A stretch of DNA of 64,000 nucleotides from Octopus vulgaris (Eukaryota), in contig OX597818.1 in assembly GCA_951406725.2 (NCBI GenBank), positions 113,398,001 to 113,462,000 of the forward strand, read 5' to 3'. A program made the position numbers and the translations under genes. The notes under the pieces were generated by a model, which did not search any database, was not told the DNA's origin, and saw only the letters and a program-made list of their open reading frames with translations. This document shows positions 13,700 to 24,351 of the stretch, piece by piece; position 1 is the stretch's first letter; every line of letters starts with the position of its first letter.

Positions 13700-15230
13700 T
13701 ACACCAACAGCCAACCACCAAGAATTAAAGGAGGATATCCAAAAATTCTGTCGAAAATTACGACTTTTAGAATTCTTCGCTAACAAAAGTAATGAGATTG
13801 ATGAATCCCTAGTAAGGAATAAATCAAATTTCACCCCACCAAAAGGAAGAAATAACTACCTTGACCAATACATTGATATCCTGTCTAAATTTCCCCTTAG
13901 ACGCAATACCAATGTTAGGCCAAACATTAGCAAATCAGAGATGTCTGCATGTAAACGTATACAAAACGATCAAACAATAATAATTAAACAAGCAGATAAA
14001 GGTGGTGCAATTGTTATTATGGATACCGAATACTATAAGGATTTGGTTGAAGACCAACTGAAGGATACAACCTTCTATTGTGAAATACCCGCAAATATAG
14101 ACCACCACATCATGAAAAAGATCAACAACCTGATTTCAACACACCACAACTCACTTACGGATAATGAAAAAGACTACATCACCAATTTTGAACCAAAACC
14201 CAGCAACTTCTACGGCTTACCAAAAATACACAAATCAAAAAACATTCAACAGGCAGTAAAAGAACAAGAAAGTGAGTACATAAAATTATTACATCCAAAA
14301 GACCTAAAACTTAGACCTATTATAGCTGGTCCAGCATGCCCTACACACCGTCTAAGCAATTTTATTGACATTGTTTTGAAACCACTATGTACTTACATAC
14401 CAAGTTTCATCAGGGATGACATCGACTTCCTGTCCCATCTTCCCAAAACAACAGAAACAAATTCAGTTTTGCTAAGTTTTGATGTGGTAAGCCTCTACAC
14501 AAATATTCCACACGATTTAGGAATAAAGGCGATTAAATACTGGTTAGAAAAACATAGAGAAGTGATTCCCAGCAGATTCACAGTGCCATTTATATTAGAC
14601 ACAGTCAAACTTATTCTAGAAAATAACACATTCTTCTTCAATGGAAAGAATTACATCCAAATTAGAGGCACGGCGATGGGAACGAGGTTTGCTCCCGTTT
14701 ACGCCAACTCTGTAATGGGATACTTAGAAGAACAACTCTACCAAGAGGTGGAGGTAAACTATGGCACTGGATTTAGAAAGTATATTGAAAAGGCATGGAA
14801 GAGATACCTAGACGACTGTTTCATAATCTGGACAGAATCTCTAAATACTCTGGAAAAGTTCAATATCCTCCTGAACAACCTACACCCATCTCTCAAATTT
14901 ACAAAGGAGATGAGTAGTACCAAATTACCATTCCTGGATATAATGGTAATTAAAAAAGACACCACCATCACCACAGATATATACTATAAACACACAGACA
15001 CACATCAATACCTAAATTTTAAGTCGTGCCATCCACCACATACAAAACGTAACATCCCATACTGCCTAGCCAGAAGAATTTGTACTATTGTAGAAGATGC
15101 AAATATCAGGAACAAACGCCTAATAGAACTAAGAGAATTTTTGCTCAAACAAAAATACCCATCTCTACTTATAGAAAATGGCATACAGCGGGCTATAAAA
15201 ATACCTATACAACAACTTAGGACAACCTAA
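13656..15230 (+). CDS. Penelope-like reverse transcriptase, 5'-truncated (native sequence starts ~13698 at PTP; the first ~14 codons come from the inverted arm); ends at an in-frame TAA
   Basis: PLE RT motifs: IIIKQADKGGAIVIMD, FYGLPKIHK, LRPII, SFDVVSLYTNIP, GTAMG, WKRYLDD, LPFLD, DIYYKHTDTHQYLNFKSCHP. Confidence 0.9.
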   Translation: MSIKLLRRCVGHAGPTPTANHQELKEDIQKFCRKLRLLEFFANKSNEIDESLVRNKSNFTPPKGRNNYLDQYIDILSKFPLRRNTNVRPNISKSEMSACKRIQNDQTIIIKQADKGGAIVIMDTEYYKDLVEDQLKDTTFYCEIPANIDHHIMKKINNLISTHHNSLTDNEKDYITNFEPKPSNFYGLPKIHKSKNIQQAVKEQESEYIKLLHPKDLKLRPIIAGPACPTHRLSNFIDIVLKPLCTYIPSFIRDDIDFLSHLPKTTETNSVLLSFDVVSLYTNIPHDLGIKAIKYWLEKHREVIPSRFTVPFILDTVKLILENNTFFFNGKNYIQIRGTAMGTRFAPVYANSVMGYLEEQLYQEVEVNYGTGFRKYIEKAWKRYLDDCFIIWTESLNTLEKFNILLNNLHPSLKFTKEMSSTKLPFLDIMVIKKDTTITTDIYYKHTDTHQYLNFKSCHPPHTKRNIPYCLARRICTIVEDANIRNKRLIELREFLLKQKYPSLLIENGIQRAIKIPIQQLRTT

Positions 15231-15851
15231 GGAAGAGGAAAACAAGAACAAGTCATACCATTCATAGTGACACACAACCCATGTCACCAGAATATCTTCA
15301 ACATTGCCAAAGCAAAACTACCAATCATTGCCCAAAGTAATGAATTAAAAGACATAATCAAGGATCGAGCTATGGTGCTTAGTAAAAGACAGCCTAAAAA
15401 CTTGAAAACATTACTAACAAAGGCAAAATTTGACCTCAGCAACAAAGACCAAACATTCACGGTATCTAAATGCAATGATAGCCGATGTGGCACATGCCAA
15501 TTCATACATACCGGTCAATATATAAACACAAAAACCGGGAAAATATTCACAAACGCGAATATGAACTGCAAAAGCAGAAATTTAAATTTACTGCATCAAA
15601 TGCCCAAATTGTGAAGAAATATATGTAGGTCAGACGGGAAACGCACTATTAGAACGCTCACGTGTACACCGGCAACAGATTAGAGACCCAGAGGTCCGTC
15701 AGATACCTTTGAGTAACCACCTAGCAACATGTGGTCGGAAAATATATATAATATTTCCATTCTACAAATTACACAGCCCAAGTGAAATCGAGAGGAAAAT
15801 CAGAGAAAAGAATTTTATTGATAAATTCGAACCCAAGCTAAATAAGCAATA
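15231..15851 (+). pseudogene. Linker + GIY-YIG endonuclease of the right arm, frameshifted by a 1-bp A insertion at ~15585
   Basis: Same frame as the RT after the TAA (GRGKQEQVIPFIVTHNP...). Cys linker CNDSRCGTC. Reads gcagaaatttaAatttactg against gcagaaatttaatttactg in the left arm. Confidence 0.85.
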
Positions 15852-16167
15852 ATAATAATACTTAGAGGTATTACTTCCACTGCTACGACCATGACCACTA
15901 ACAACAACAACAATACTAAAGGTGATCAAGACGAAGATAGCAGGAAAATTATCTTATTTAGGGTTAAAAGTTCTATTGCCACCACCATCACCACTAGCAA
16001 CAATAATTAAGGTGCTGACAATGATGATGATGACAATTGAAATATAAAAATATAAAAATCTCTGACAAAGGATATTTACAACATTTCTAAAAATAACCCA
16101 ACAATTGCTGCTTCGGCCAGGGTCAAGATACAGGACTCTTGACCTGTCCAACAAAGCGTGATGCCTA

Positions 16168-16285
16168 AACCAATCAGCTCAACCAACCAATCAGCTTAAG
16201 TAATTGAGTGATACTACACACTGATTGGTCAGAATACAGTTTGCAAAACCTAGCACTCTGGAGCCTACCCAGCTGTATTTATAGC
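16168..16285 (+). promoter_or_regulatory. Putative pLTR promoter: clustered CCAAT boxes and TATA-like TATTTATA upstream of the hammerhead (mirrored at ~11743-11860)
   Basis: ccaatcagc twice, an inverted ctgattgg, and gtatttatag at ~16276. Confidence 0.4.
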
Positions 16286-16346
16286 ACAGAATCACTCATC
16301 TTGCTACAGTCAAAAATTGTGAAGCATGACTGTCAACACTACTACA

Positions 16347-16391
16347 TGAACCCGAAGATTGCAGAATTCAATGCATGAAAGTACTAGTTCA
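16347..16391 (+). ncRNA. Minimal type-I hammerhead ribozyme variant in the Penelope pLTR (core CCGAAGA)
   Basis: tgaac-CCGAAGA-t-tgca-gaattcaa-tgca-t-GAAA-gtac-TA-gttca: 5-bp stem I, 4-bp stem II, palindromic stem III region AGTACT. Confidence 0.7.
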
Positions 16392-16520
16392 ATCAGAATG
16401 AATATTTAACATTCTACTATTTCATTTTATTTTATTCAATTATAATATATTATCTTATAATATATCATTATAAGATTGTAAATAAAACGTGAAAATCAGA
16501 CAAGGTTGGAATTCTTTTTA

Positions 16521-16596
<76 letters not shown>

Positions 16597-16815
16597 GGTG
16601 CAGGGGTGTGTGTCTGGTTCCGTCCCATGGCGTGGCACCTTGGGCAAGTGTCTTCTACTATAGCCTCGGGCCGACCAAAGCCTTGTGAATCAATTTGGTG
16701 GATGGAAACTGAAAGAAGCCCGTCGTATATATGGGGTCGATTTGCTCAAATAAAGGCGGCGCTCAAGCATGGCCGCAGTCAAACTGAAACAAGTAAAAGA
16801 GTAAAAGAGTAAAGA
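16597..16815 (+). mobile_element. SINE family B (CORE-like gtggcaccttgggcaagt); other copies at ~19390-19510(-), 28100-28265(-), 34895-35055(-), 56865-57015(+), 57320-57440(-)
   Basis: Shared gtggcaccttgggcaagtgtcttctactatagcctcggg...ggaaactgaaagaagcccg. Confidence 0.75.
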
Positions 16816-16839
16816 GTGTATATATATATATATATATAT

Positions 16840-17907
16840 AAGAATATGTGCTCACATAAGTGTTAAGAAGGGTACGTGGCGCCAGGAATATATATTATGA
16901 TATGTAGAAAAATACAAACTGTGACAAGAACGCATAACACATAGAAGACGATACAACAAACACAGACAGGACATTCGAAGCCCTCAGTCTTCAGTCAAGA
17001 ACGGGATCATCGTAGTAATTTCGGCTGATTAATCTTGAGATTACTAGATCCGGCCAGCCCTCCTGGAAAAACTAAGCAACGAGCATTAGAAAAACTAAGC
17101 TAGGAGCGTAGACTTCCTGGAAGAAGGATCGAATGCATACGAACACAAGGATAGCAAAACGGACGGTGCCACACGAATATAAAAAACAAAAAACAATAAT
17201 GAAATACAAAAGAAATAATGGTAAAAACAGCAGGTGTCTTACGACTAATAACAGTGCAAACAAGTTTGGCTGGCGTATTTTGGAAAAATTGCCTTAACGG
17301 TGAACAAGGACAACGATGTTGTCACGGCGCTGGTCAGAGGCCGAAAGGCGGATTTTGGCCAGAAGTCACGTGACGGAGAAGAGAGAAAAGAAAAGAAAAA
17401 AAAGGGAGGCAAAGGAAGGAAGAGAGAGAAGAGGGACGAAAGCAACAAGGGGGGAGAAGAGAGAGAAAGAAGGAATTAGAGAGGGGAGAAGGGATGGGTG
17501 TCAAAGATTGACCTGTGAGTGCAAAGCAAGACAAAGAAATGGAAGGGTAGGGGAAGAGTAGACCAAAGAATCAGAGGCAAGAGAAAAGGAGGATGAGTAG
17601 AGAGAAGAGAGAGAGAAGGGGACAGATCAACGTAGAATGCGAAGTAAATGTAAGAGAGAGAGACAGACAGAGTGTAGAGTCGTACCAAATTTACAAGAAT
17701 ATATGCTCACATAAGTGTTAAGAAGGGTACGTGGTGCCAGGAATATATATTATGATATGTAGAAAAATACAAACTGTGACAAGAACGCATAACACATAGA
17801 AGACGATACAACAAACACAGACAGGACATTCGAAGCCCTCAGTCTTCAGTCAAGAACCGGATCATCGTAGTAATTTCGGTTGATTAATCTTGAGATTACT
17901 AGATCCG
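16840..17907 (-). mobile_element. Non-coding element with 213-bp direct repeats (16840-17052, 17695-17907; period 855 bp), abutting (TA)n; orientation inferred
   Basis: Near-identical direct repeats with about 4 mismatches seen; GA-rich interior; no credible ORF. Confidence 0.7.
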
Positions 17908-18405
17908 ATATATTGATTGGCAGTTGTTTATCTCCTAAAGTTTCAAAGTTTTTTAAAGGTGATCGTTTGAGTGTTCGGGCAGAGAAAATTGTGGATATGT
18001 TAAGATTTTCAACTTATTTTGGAGGAATTTATGTCTTGCGTTTAATAGTGTTGTTTAGAATAAAAGGTACGTTTACATACTCGAATAGTCAGGGAGTAAA
18101 ACAGCGCAAAAGTTTCACAGAGAATTGTAGTTATTAAAGTTTATTAATATTCTACGGATAATCGTTTTTGTGTTCGGCCAGAGGGAACTGTAGTGTTCTT
18201 GTACTAAAAGGATGTTTACATTTTCGAATACTCAGGCAAGGACAGGTATTCACAGAATGTTGTAGGCATTAAAGTTTCAAAGTTTTTTAAGATGATCGGT
18301 TGCGCCTTCAGCCAGAGAAAATTGTGAATATGCAAGATTTTCTAATCATCATCATCATCATTATTATTATCATTATTATTATTATGATTATTATTATTAT
18401 TATTC

Positions 18406-18978
18406 AGTAGTTATATTTTTATAACGTGCTTTCACTTCAATACCGAGCGCAGCTCTATGTGCCTTGGGCATGTGCTGTGGTTTACTGTGATGCTCTTATA
18501 GTTACTGTAGTGAAAATTTTTTACGTAGGATGTGTGCAGTGCCCAGTAGTGCTATTTTTGTATGTTATATATATTTGTTAGTCCTGGTGTTTTTGTCATG
18601 TATTTATCTGAATATTTTTTTATCATGCTTATGTACCTACTATGATAGGAATTGTTTCTGTTTTTAGATTCCACATTCGATTAACCTCTATTTCCAGGTC
18701 TTTGTATTTTGAAAGTTTCTCCATTTCTTTTAGAGAAACGCTGTCATCTACTGGTATTGTACATCAGTCAGAAAGCTTTTCTTTTTCTTCATGATTTCTG
18801 ATAACTATATCTCAATTTGGCCTTAATTTCTCTGTCTGTGTGTATTGGCATATCCCAGAGTATGGTTGCTTTCTCGTTTTCTGTGACCTTTTCTGGCGTG
18901 TGCTTATACCATCATTTTTTCTGTTGTTATTCCATAGTTTTGGCATAGCTTCCAGTATATGTAGGTCCCAACTCTGTG
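18406..18978 (-). mobile_element. 3' end of an R4/Dong-like non-LTR element (restriction-like endonuclease), flanked by (TAA)n on both sides
   Basis: Minus strand reads RVGTYI.WKLC, PEKVTENEKATILWDMPIHTDREIK, DIVIRNHEEK, KEMEKLSKYKDLEIEV.RMW, IPIIVG, QKIALLGTAHILRK. Confidence 0.8.
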
Positions 18979-18982
18979 AATA

Positions 18983-19070
<88 letters not shown>

Positions 19071-19289
19071 ATTATTATTATTAGATGTATGTATATATAT
19101 ATATATATATATATTCTATCTTTTATTTGTTTACTTATTTCAGTCATTAGACTGCGATCATGCTGTTGTACCGCCCTAAAGAATTTTTAGTCGAAGGAAT
19201 CGACCCCTGTATTTATACATTTTGATGGGTATATAAACTCACCGTCCTAGGTTATCAAGCAGTATCAGCGAGGAACAAACACAGACACA

Positions 19290-19337
<48 letters not shown>

Positions 19338-19551
19338 TGTGTATATGTGTTTATGTGTGTGTGCGCGTGCATGCGTGTGTGTGTATTCTTTTCCGTCTCA
19401 CAAATCCATTCACAGGGCCTTGGTTGACCCGAGACTATAGAAGAAGACGCGCACTCGATATGAACACGGAAGCATATGGTTGAACAAGAAGATTCCTACC
19501 CCCAGCCACGCATGCGTCTATATATATATGTATATATATGTATATACACAT

Positions 19552-19612
<61 letters not shown>

Positions 19613-20773
19613 AGAGAGAGAGAGAGATATTGATTTATACACAATCTTTATCGATATCTCTCCGTCACTCTCCGTCACTCCCTGTCTCTCACGCACACAC
19701 ACGTACGTATGTATAAACAGTCACATAGACACATATTCAAAGGTAATAGCCTGTGCTTTGAATGCGTAGACACTTATAAGCTATCATTCGAAAGATCACA
19801 GTACATTTGACAACGTTCAAAAGGATTCTCCACTTCACTACAACGGTACTAAAAAAGCATTAGCAAAGTCTGCAAATGTCCAAGTATATAGATCCATAAA
19901 ACTTGCTTCTCGCTCACAGAATAATTTCAATTTATAATGAGCTCCTTTCTTCACTGTCGCGTACATGCTGAATTATATTGCCGAACTGTAAGATTTTGAT
20001 TATTTTTTTATTATATATATATATGTATATCTTTGTAATAGATTAAACGCAAATTGATGACTTTTTAGCTGTCTGATAATGACATTTCCTATATTTTGTT
20101 GATCCATATTCAGAAAATGGAAATAACTTTGAAGTCTGATATTTCAAATATTTTTCAGGCTTTTTATGAATTCTAAACGTTAAATATCGATTTCTGCTCT
20201 GGCTATGAAGCAAATGTTTTAGTTTTTGAACTGTGTAGATTATGGAGACAACCTGAGTATATTTTTAGTATTTCTGTTTTGAGGACAGTGGGGTGGGGGT
20301 GGGGGGCGAACGAAGCGCACTATTGCCATTCTTTCTATTCGATCAAACACGTGATCAAAAGCTTTCCAGCCATGACTGACACGCGATTTTATCAATACCT
20401 TTCTCACCCTACAACCAACTTTCAGGTCTCTTTTAAGCATAATTTATTCGAACTTCTATCATCCGATCGTCATCCCACAACCTGTAATTTTATAGAATCT
20501 TTGACTTTTCTTGTTTATGTGGTTAATTGTGAAAATCTTCCAAAACAAAAATGCTCAACCAAACTTTTCCAGTCAGAGAGAGTTAAATTTGAAACAGAAA
20601 AATCACTTGTTGTATGCTGGTCGTTTGTTTCCGCGAAGCCGTGTGCAGCTCCTTATCATTTTAATAATGGATTTTAAACTCATTCTTGGGAAGCTAATCA
20701 TTGAAGATATAAGACGAAACATTTTGAATTTTAAAAAGATTTAATTTTATTATTATTATTATTATTATTATCA

Positions 20774-20805
<32 letters not shown>

Positions 20806-22117
20806 CATTATTATTATTATTATTATTATGATTACTATTATTATTATTATTATCATCATCAGCAGCAGCATCAGCATCATCATCGTCATCATTATTATTC
20901 AAAAGGCGTGCTGGCAGAATCGTTAGCACGCCGGACTTCGCTGCATTTCATCCGTCTTTACGTTCTAAGTTCAATTACGCTGAACGTGAAGACGGAAAAT
21001 ATCGCTCTTTTACATACCTACGTATGTTTTCTCCACGGAGATATATATTTATACGTGGTAGATAAGTATGTTTTGGGTCGATAGTGTTTTGGAAATTGGG
21101 TTTCATTATTCTTTGGAAGTAATATCACTTGCTAACCAGTCGGGTGTTTTCTTATGCTCCCTCGTTGAACTTTTCGCGTGCGCACGGTAACGGTACGACC
21201 CAGAAATTTAACACTCTGTCGTTACCAAGGGATTTCCACTTATGAACCTTTCTTGAATGACATCCTTACGTTTGCGATTGTGATGTTTTCCCATGTTTGT
21301 TCAAACACATTTTGAGAGGATCCTTCTGTGTGGTTAATTCAAATCTATACTTTCATTGCAGGTTTTTTCATCATTCCAAAAGTTTTCAACTTCTTCCATC
21401 AAAAGAGGGGTTTTCAACGTTTATTTACCCCTTCCCTATTTCTCAGTAGAATGTTTTCGCATTGGACGGTAACAGATTATTTTGATAGTAAAACTTGTTT
21501 CTCTTCTCAGATCTTCGTCTTCTTTGAGCTTTTGCTTGGTAGTTTTGTTGCTGTATTTCTTTTGTTGAAAGCATTTCTTCTCTAAATAAGAATCTATATT
21601 TTCTCTTCATCTTTCTTCCTTTTCTGCATCTTGCATCGTTTACACAGATTAGTTCATTTAATATTGATGTTTTATCTCTCATTAATTCAATCTCTTTTTC
21701 ATCTTTACTTCTCCAGTTTGGAATTCTTCCCAGGTTTGCATTTCTTTGCTTTTTCAGAGGCATACAACTTGTTTCAATTGTCTTAACAGATGCATAAATA
21801 ATTTCATTTAACTCAGTGTGAAGAGGTTTTAATTCTTGTACGATTTTTGTTACATAGTTGTAAATTCTAATTTGTTTTGTTTTTTATTTTGGATTGTATT
21901 TGAAACTGAATGAAGTGGTTCTCTATCAAGCATATTCGCATGTCTTACAACTGCTTCATTTGTGTCATAGACTCTGTGTTCTTCAGCAAATGTGTGGTCT
22001 TCACATACTGTTTATTTAACACTTTCCTCGCTATTTTTATTGAGTTCATTACAATATACTTACATTATTTACATTATTTTCATTTGACGGGTATTTGTCC
22101 TCATCTTATTTGTTGCT

Positions 22118-22164
22118 AACACAACGTTTCAGCTGATATACCCTCCAGCCTTCATCAGGTGTCT
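22118..22164 (-). ncRNA. Minimal type-I hammerhead ribozyme
   Basis: agacac-CTGATGA-a-ggctg-gagggtatat-cagct-GAAA-cg-TT-gtgtt on the minus strand. Confidence 0.82.
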
Positions 22165-22264
22165 TAGGGAAATTTCGAACGTGGGTTCTCATTCCTAAGG
22201 TATTTTTCGATGCTGTTGTTGTTGTTGTTATTATTATTATTATTATTATTATCACCATTATTAT

Positions 22265-22340
22265 TCAGATCACTGACTGGAATCGAACTCGGAATCTTGT
22301 GGTGAGTAGCCCGCGCTCTTAACCACTACGCCATATGTCC
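22265..22340 (-). promoter_or_regulatory. tRNA-derived Pol III head
   Basis: A box TGGCGTAGTGG (22333-22323) and B box GAGTTCGATTCC (22290-22279), 32 nt apart as in tRNA. Confidence 0.8.
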
Positions 22341-22584
22341 GTGGACAAATATGAGGACAAATATCCGTCAAATGTAAATAATGTGCATAATTTCTCATCT
22401 CTTAATTATAGAACTGTATTACAATATATTTGTTTAGATGTTTGCTTCTACTTGTCAGATGGCTGTCTTTTAATTGAGACTCGTGGCGGGTTGCTCTCTT
22501 CGCCTGATTCTTCACTTCCTTTCTCTCTCATATATACGTCATTTTTCACATCGTGCTTGATCATGGTTATTTCACAATGTTGAC

Positions 22585-22642
<58 letters not shown>

Positions 22643-22664
22643 CATTATTATTATTATTATTACT

Positions 22665-23225
22665 ATTGAGTGAGAGAGCAGTTCATGCCATCAAAGTGAC
22701 ACTGGGGTAAAATATACGAAGCCCAATATACCCATCATGACTACCCGTCTGATAAGGGTACACCAGGCACATGCGTCACAACCAAATGTGCGCGACATAG
22801 TGATCTCATATCAAGATAAACAGCACATGACCTTGCAGGTGGGGCCCAGTTAGAATTTTCTTCAGGTTGAGTAGCCCATCCCGCTCAAACGGTCCCTGAA
22901 TAAGGGTTGTTTAAGGATGTTGAAAAAACCACCCATGTTTCCAGAGGTGAATTATTCAAACCCCAAAGAATCCCTCTCAACACATGGCTATGATGCTCCC
23001 CCACTACTTCTGCTCGTGATCAGAGATGCACATATCGTCAGCCACTAAGGGACATGCTCAACTGGTTATGGTCAAACAACTGACAAGCAAATCTGTGGTA
23101 TTGAGCAGAATATTTGCTGTAGCCCATATTTTATACCAAGACAAAACAATGTACATGATAACACTTCCAATCAGTTAAGATCAGAAGCCATGAGAGCCAC
23201 TGCCTGGTACTGCATCAGGGCATTT
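22665..23225. mobile_element. ~560-bp interspersed-repeat-like insertion in (ATT)n, family unassigned
   Basis: GC-richer block bounded sharply by (ATT)n tracts on both sides; no ORF. Confidence 0.5.
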
Positions 23226-23236
23226 ATTATTATTAC

Positions 23237-23320
<84 letters not shown>

Positions 23321-23535
23321 GGTGGTGAGCTGGCAGGATTGTTGGCACGCTGGGCGAAATGATTCGTAGTACTTCACCCGTAGACACGTTCTGAGTTCAA
23401 ATTCCACCGAGGTCGACTTTGCCTTTCATCATTTTGAGGTCGATAAATTAAGTGCCAGTTGCGTTCTGAGGTCGATGTAATCGACTGGCCCCCTCCCGCC
23501 AAATTTCAGGCCGTGGGCCTCGAGTAGAAAGGATT
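23321..23535 (+). mobile_element. SINE family A (tail type B)
   Basis: Same head and core as the other copies. Confidence 0.8.
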
Positions 23536-23547
23536 ATTATTATTATT

Positions 23548-23603
<56 letters not shown>

Positions 23604-24096
23604 TATAATCTTTGCCATCACCATCATTATCATCTTCATCATCAATACTACTGCTGATTATATTAAACTTTCCTGTGACTTGTACATCTCTAGCAGATGC
23701 ATCCCAGTTCCAAGAGGCTGTATTCATCAGTGGTATTAGGAAATGAAGAAATTCTGTTTGCCATATCACCTTGGTTTTGTTGTGGGATGCTGTTCTATTT
23801 GATTTTTAATTTTTGTTATCTGGTCATAATACAATATGTCGCCGGTTATATAGAATATATACAATATCAGTTACGTGGTTTTGTTGAGTAGTGAGTGGCT
23901 AGCTTGCAATTTGTGTGTTACTTAATATTACTTTGAAGAAGAGATTCTGTACAGTCAGCGTTATATAATTGATATTACGTTAGTTCAAGATTGTACATCA
24001 TGTTTGTACTATCAATACAACATTTGTATACCGCTGCGCTGAGCCTGGTATGGCTATTATAAATATATTTCTTTTTATGTATATGTGTGTGTATGT

Positions 24097-24145
<49 letters not shown>

Positions 24146-24204
24146 CGTCTGATAAACCATTGGTCAGAAATAAATAAGAACTCGTATATTTTTCGATATA
24201 GTGG

Positions 24205-24351
24205 ATACTTTGATCAAAGTATGCAGTATTATAGATCCATTTGAGTCGATCTTACCGGATATTATATCCGGTTGTTTAATACCCGGTACGAAACCGATTG
24301 GTAAGACCGGCTGAAATGAATCGATAAGATGGTGTATTTTGATTAAAATAT
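24205..24351. mobile_element. Small degenerate MITE/foldback
   Basis: ~52-bp imperfect inverted arms (24205-24256 / 24300-24351) with internal short palindromes. Confidence 0.6.

Larger units (their letters stand above)
11472..16529. mobile_element. Penelope-like element (probably Neptune-type) in fold-back configuration: inverted arms 11499-13699 and 14328-16529, 628-bp unique spacer 13700-14327, putative one-sided tail 11472-11498, inserted in (TA)n
   Basis: The arms are reverse complements. I saw only one substitution (13171/14856) and one 1-bp indel (~15585). RT and GIY-YIG domains are present, each end carries a pLTR-like region with a hammerhead, and (TA)n lies on both flanks. Confidence 0.93.
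22059..22417 (-). mobile_element. tRNA-headed, hammerhead-bearing short element (minus strand 22340->22059) plus an inverted 3' end with tail (22351-22417), 11-bp TSD
   Basis: Perfect TSD attacaatata (22048-22058 / 22418-22428). Contains A box, B box, (AAT/AAC)n and a hammerhead; the 3' end and tail match the 1069-1280 copy. Confidence 0.85.

Noticed and set aside
13700-13834. N-terminal 45 aa of the minus-strand 345-aa ORF as a novel RT leader
   Set aside because: Antisense of the spacer's plus-strand RT, created by the inversion junction.
20240-21770. Possible decayed transposase on the minus strand
   Set aside because: Coding-like composition but no diagnostic motif I could identify.
22265-22340. 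Functional tRNA gene
   Set aside because: No convincing acceptor stem or T-run terminator, and it lies inside a TSD-bounded element, so it was treated as a SINE head.
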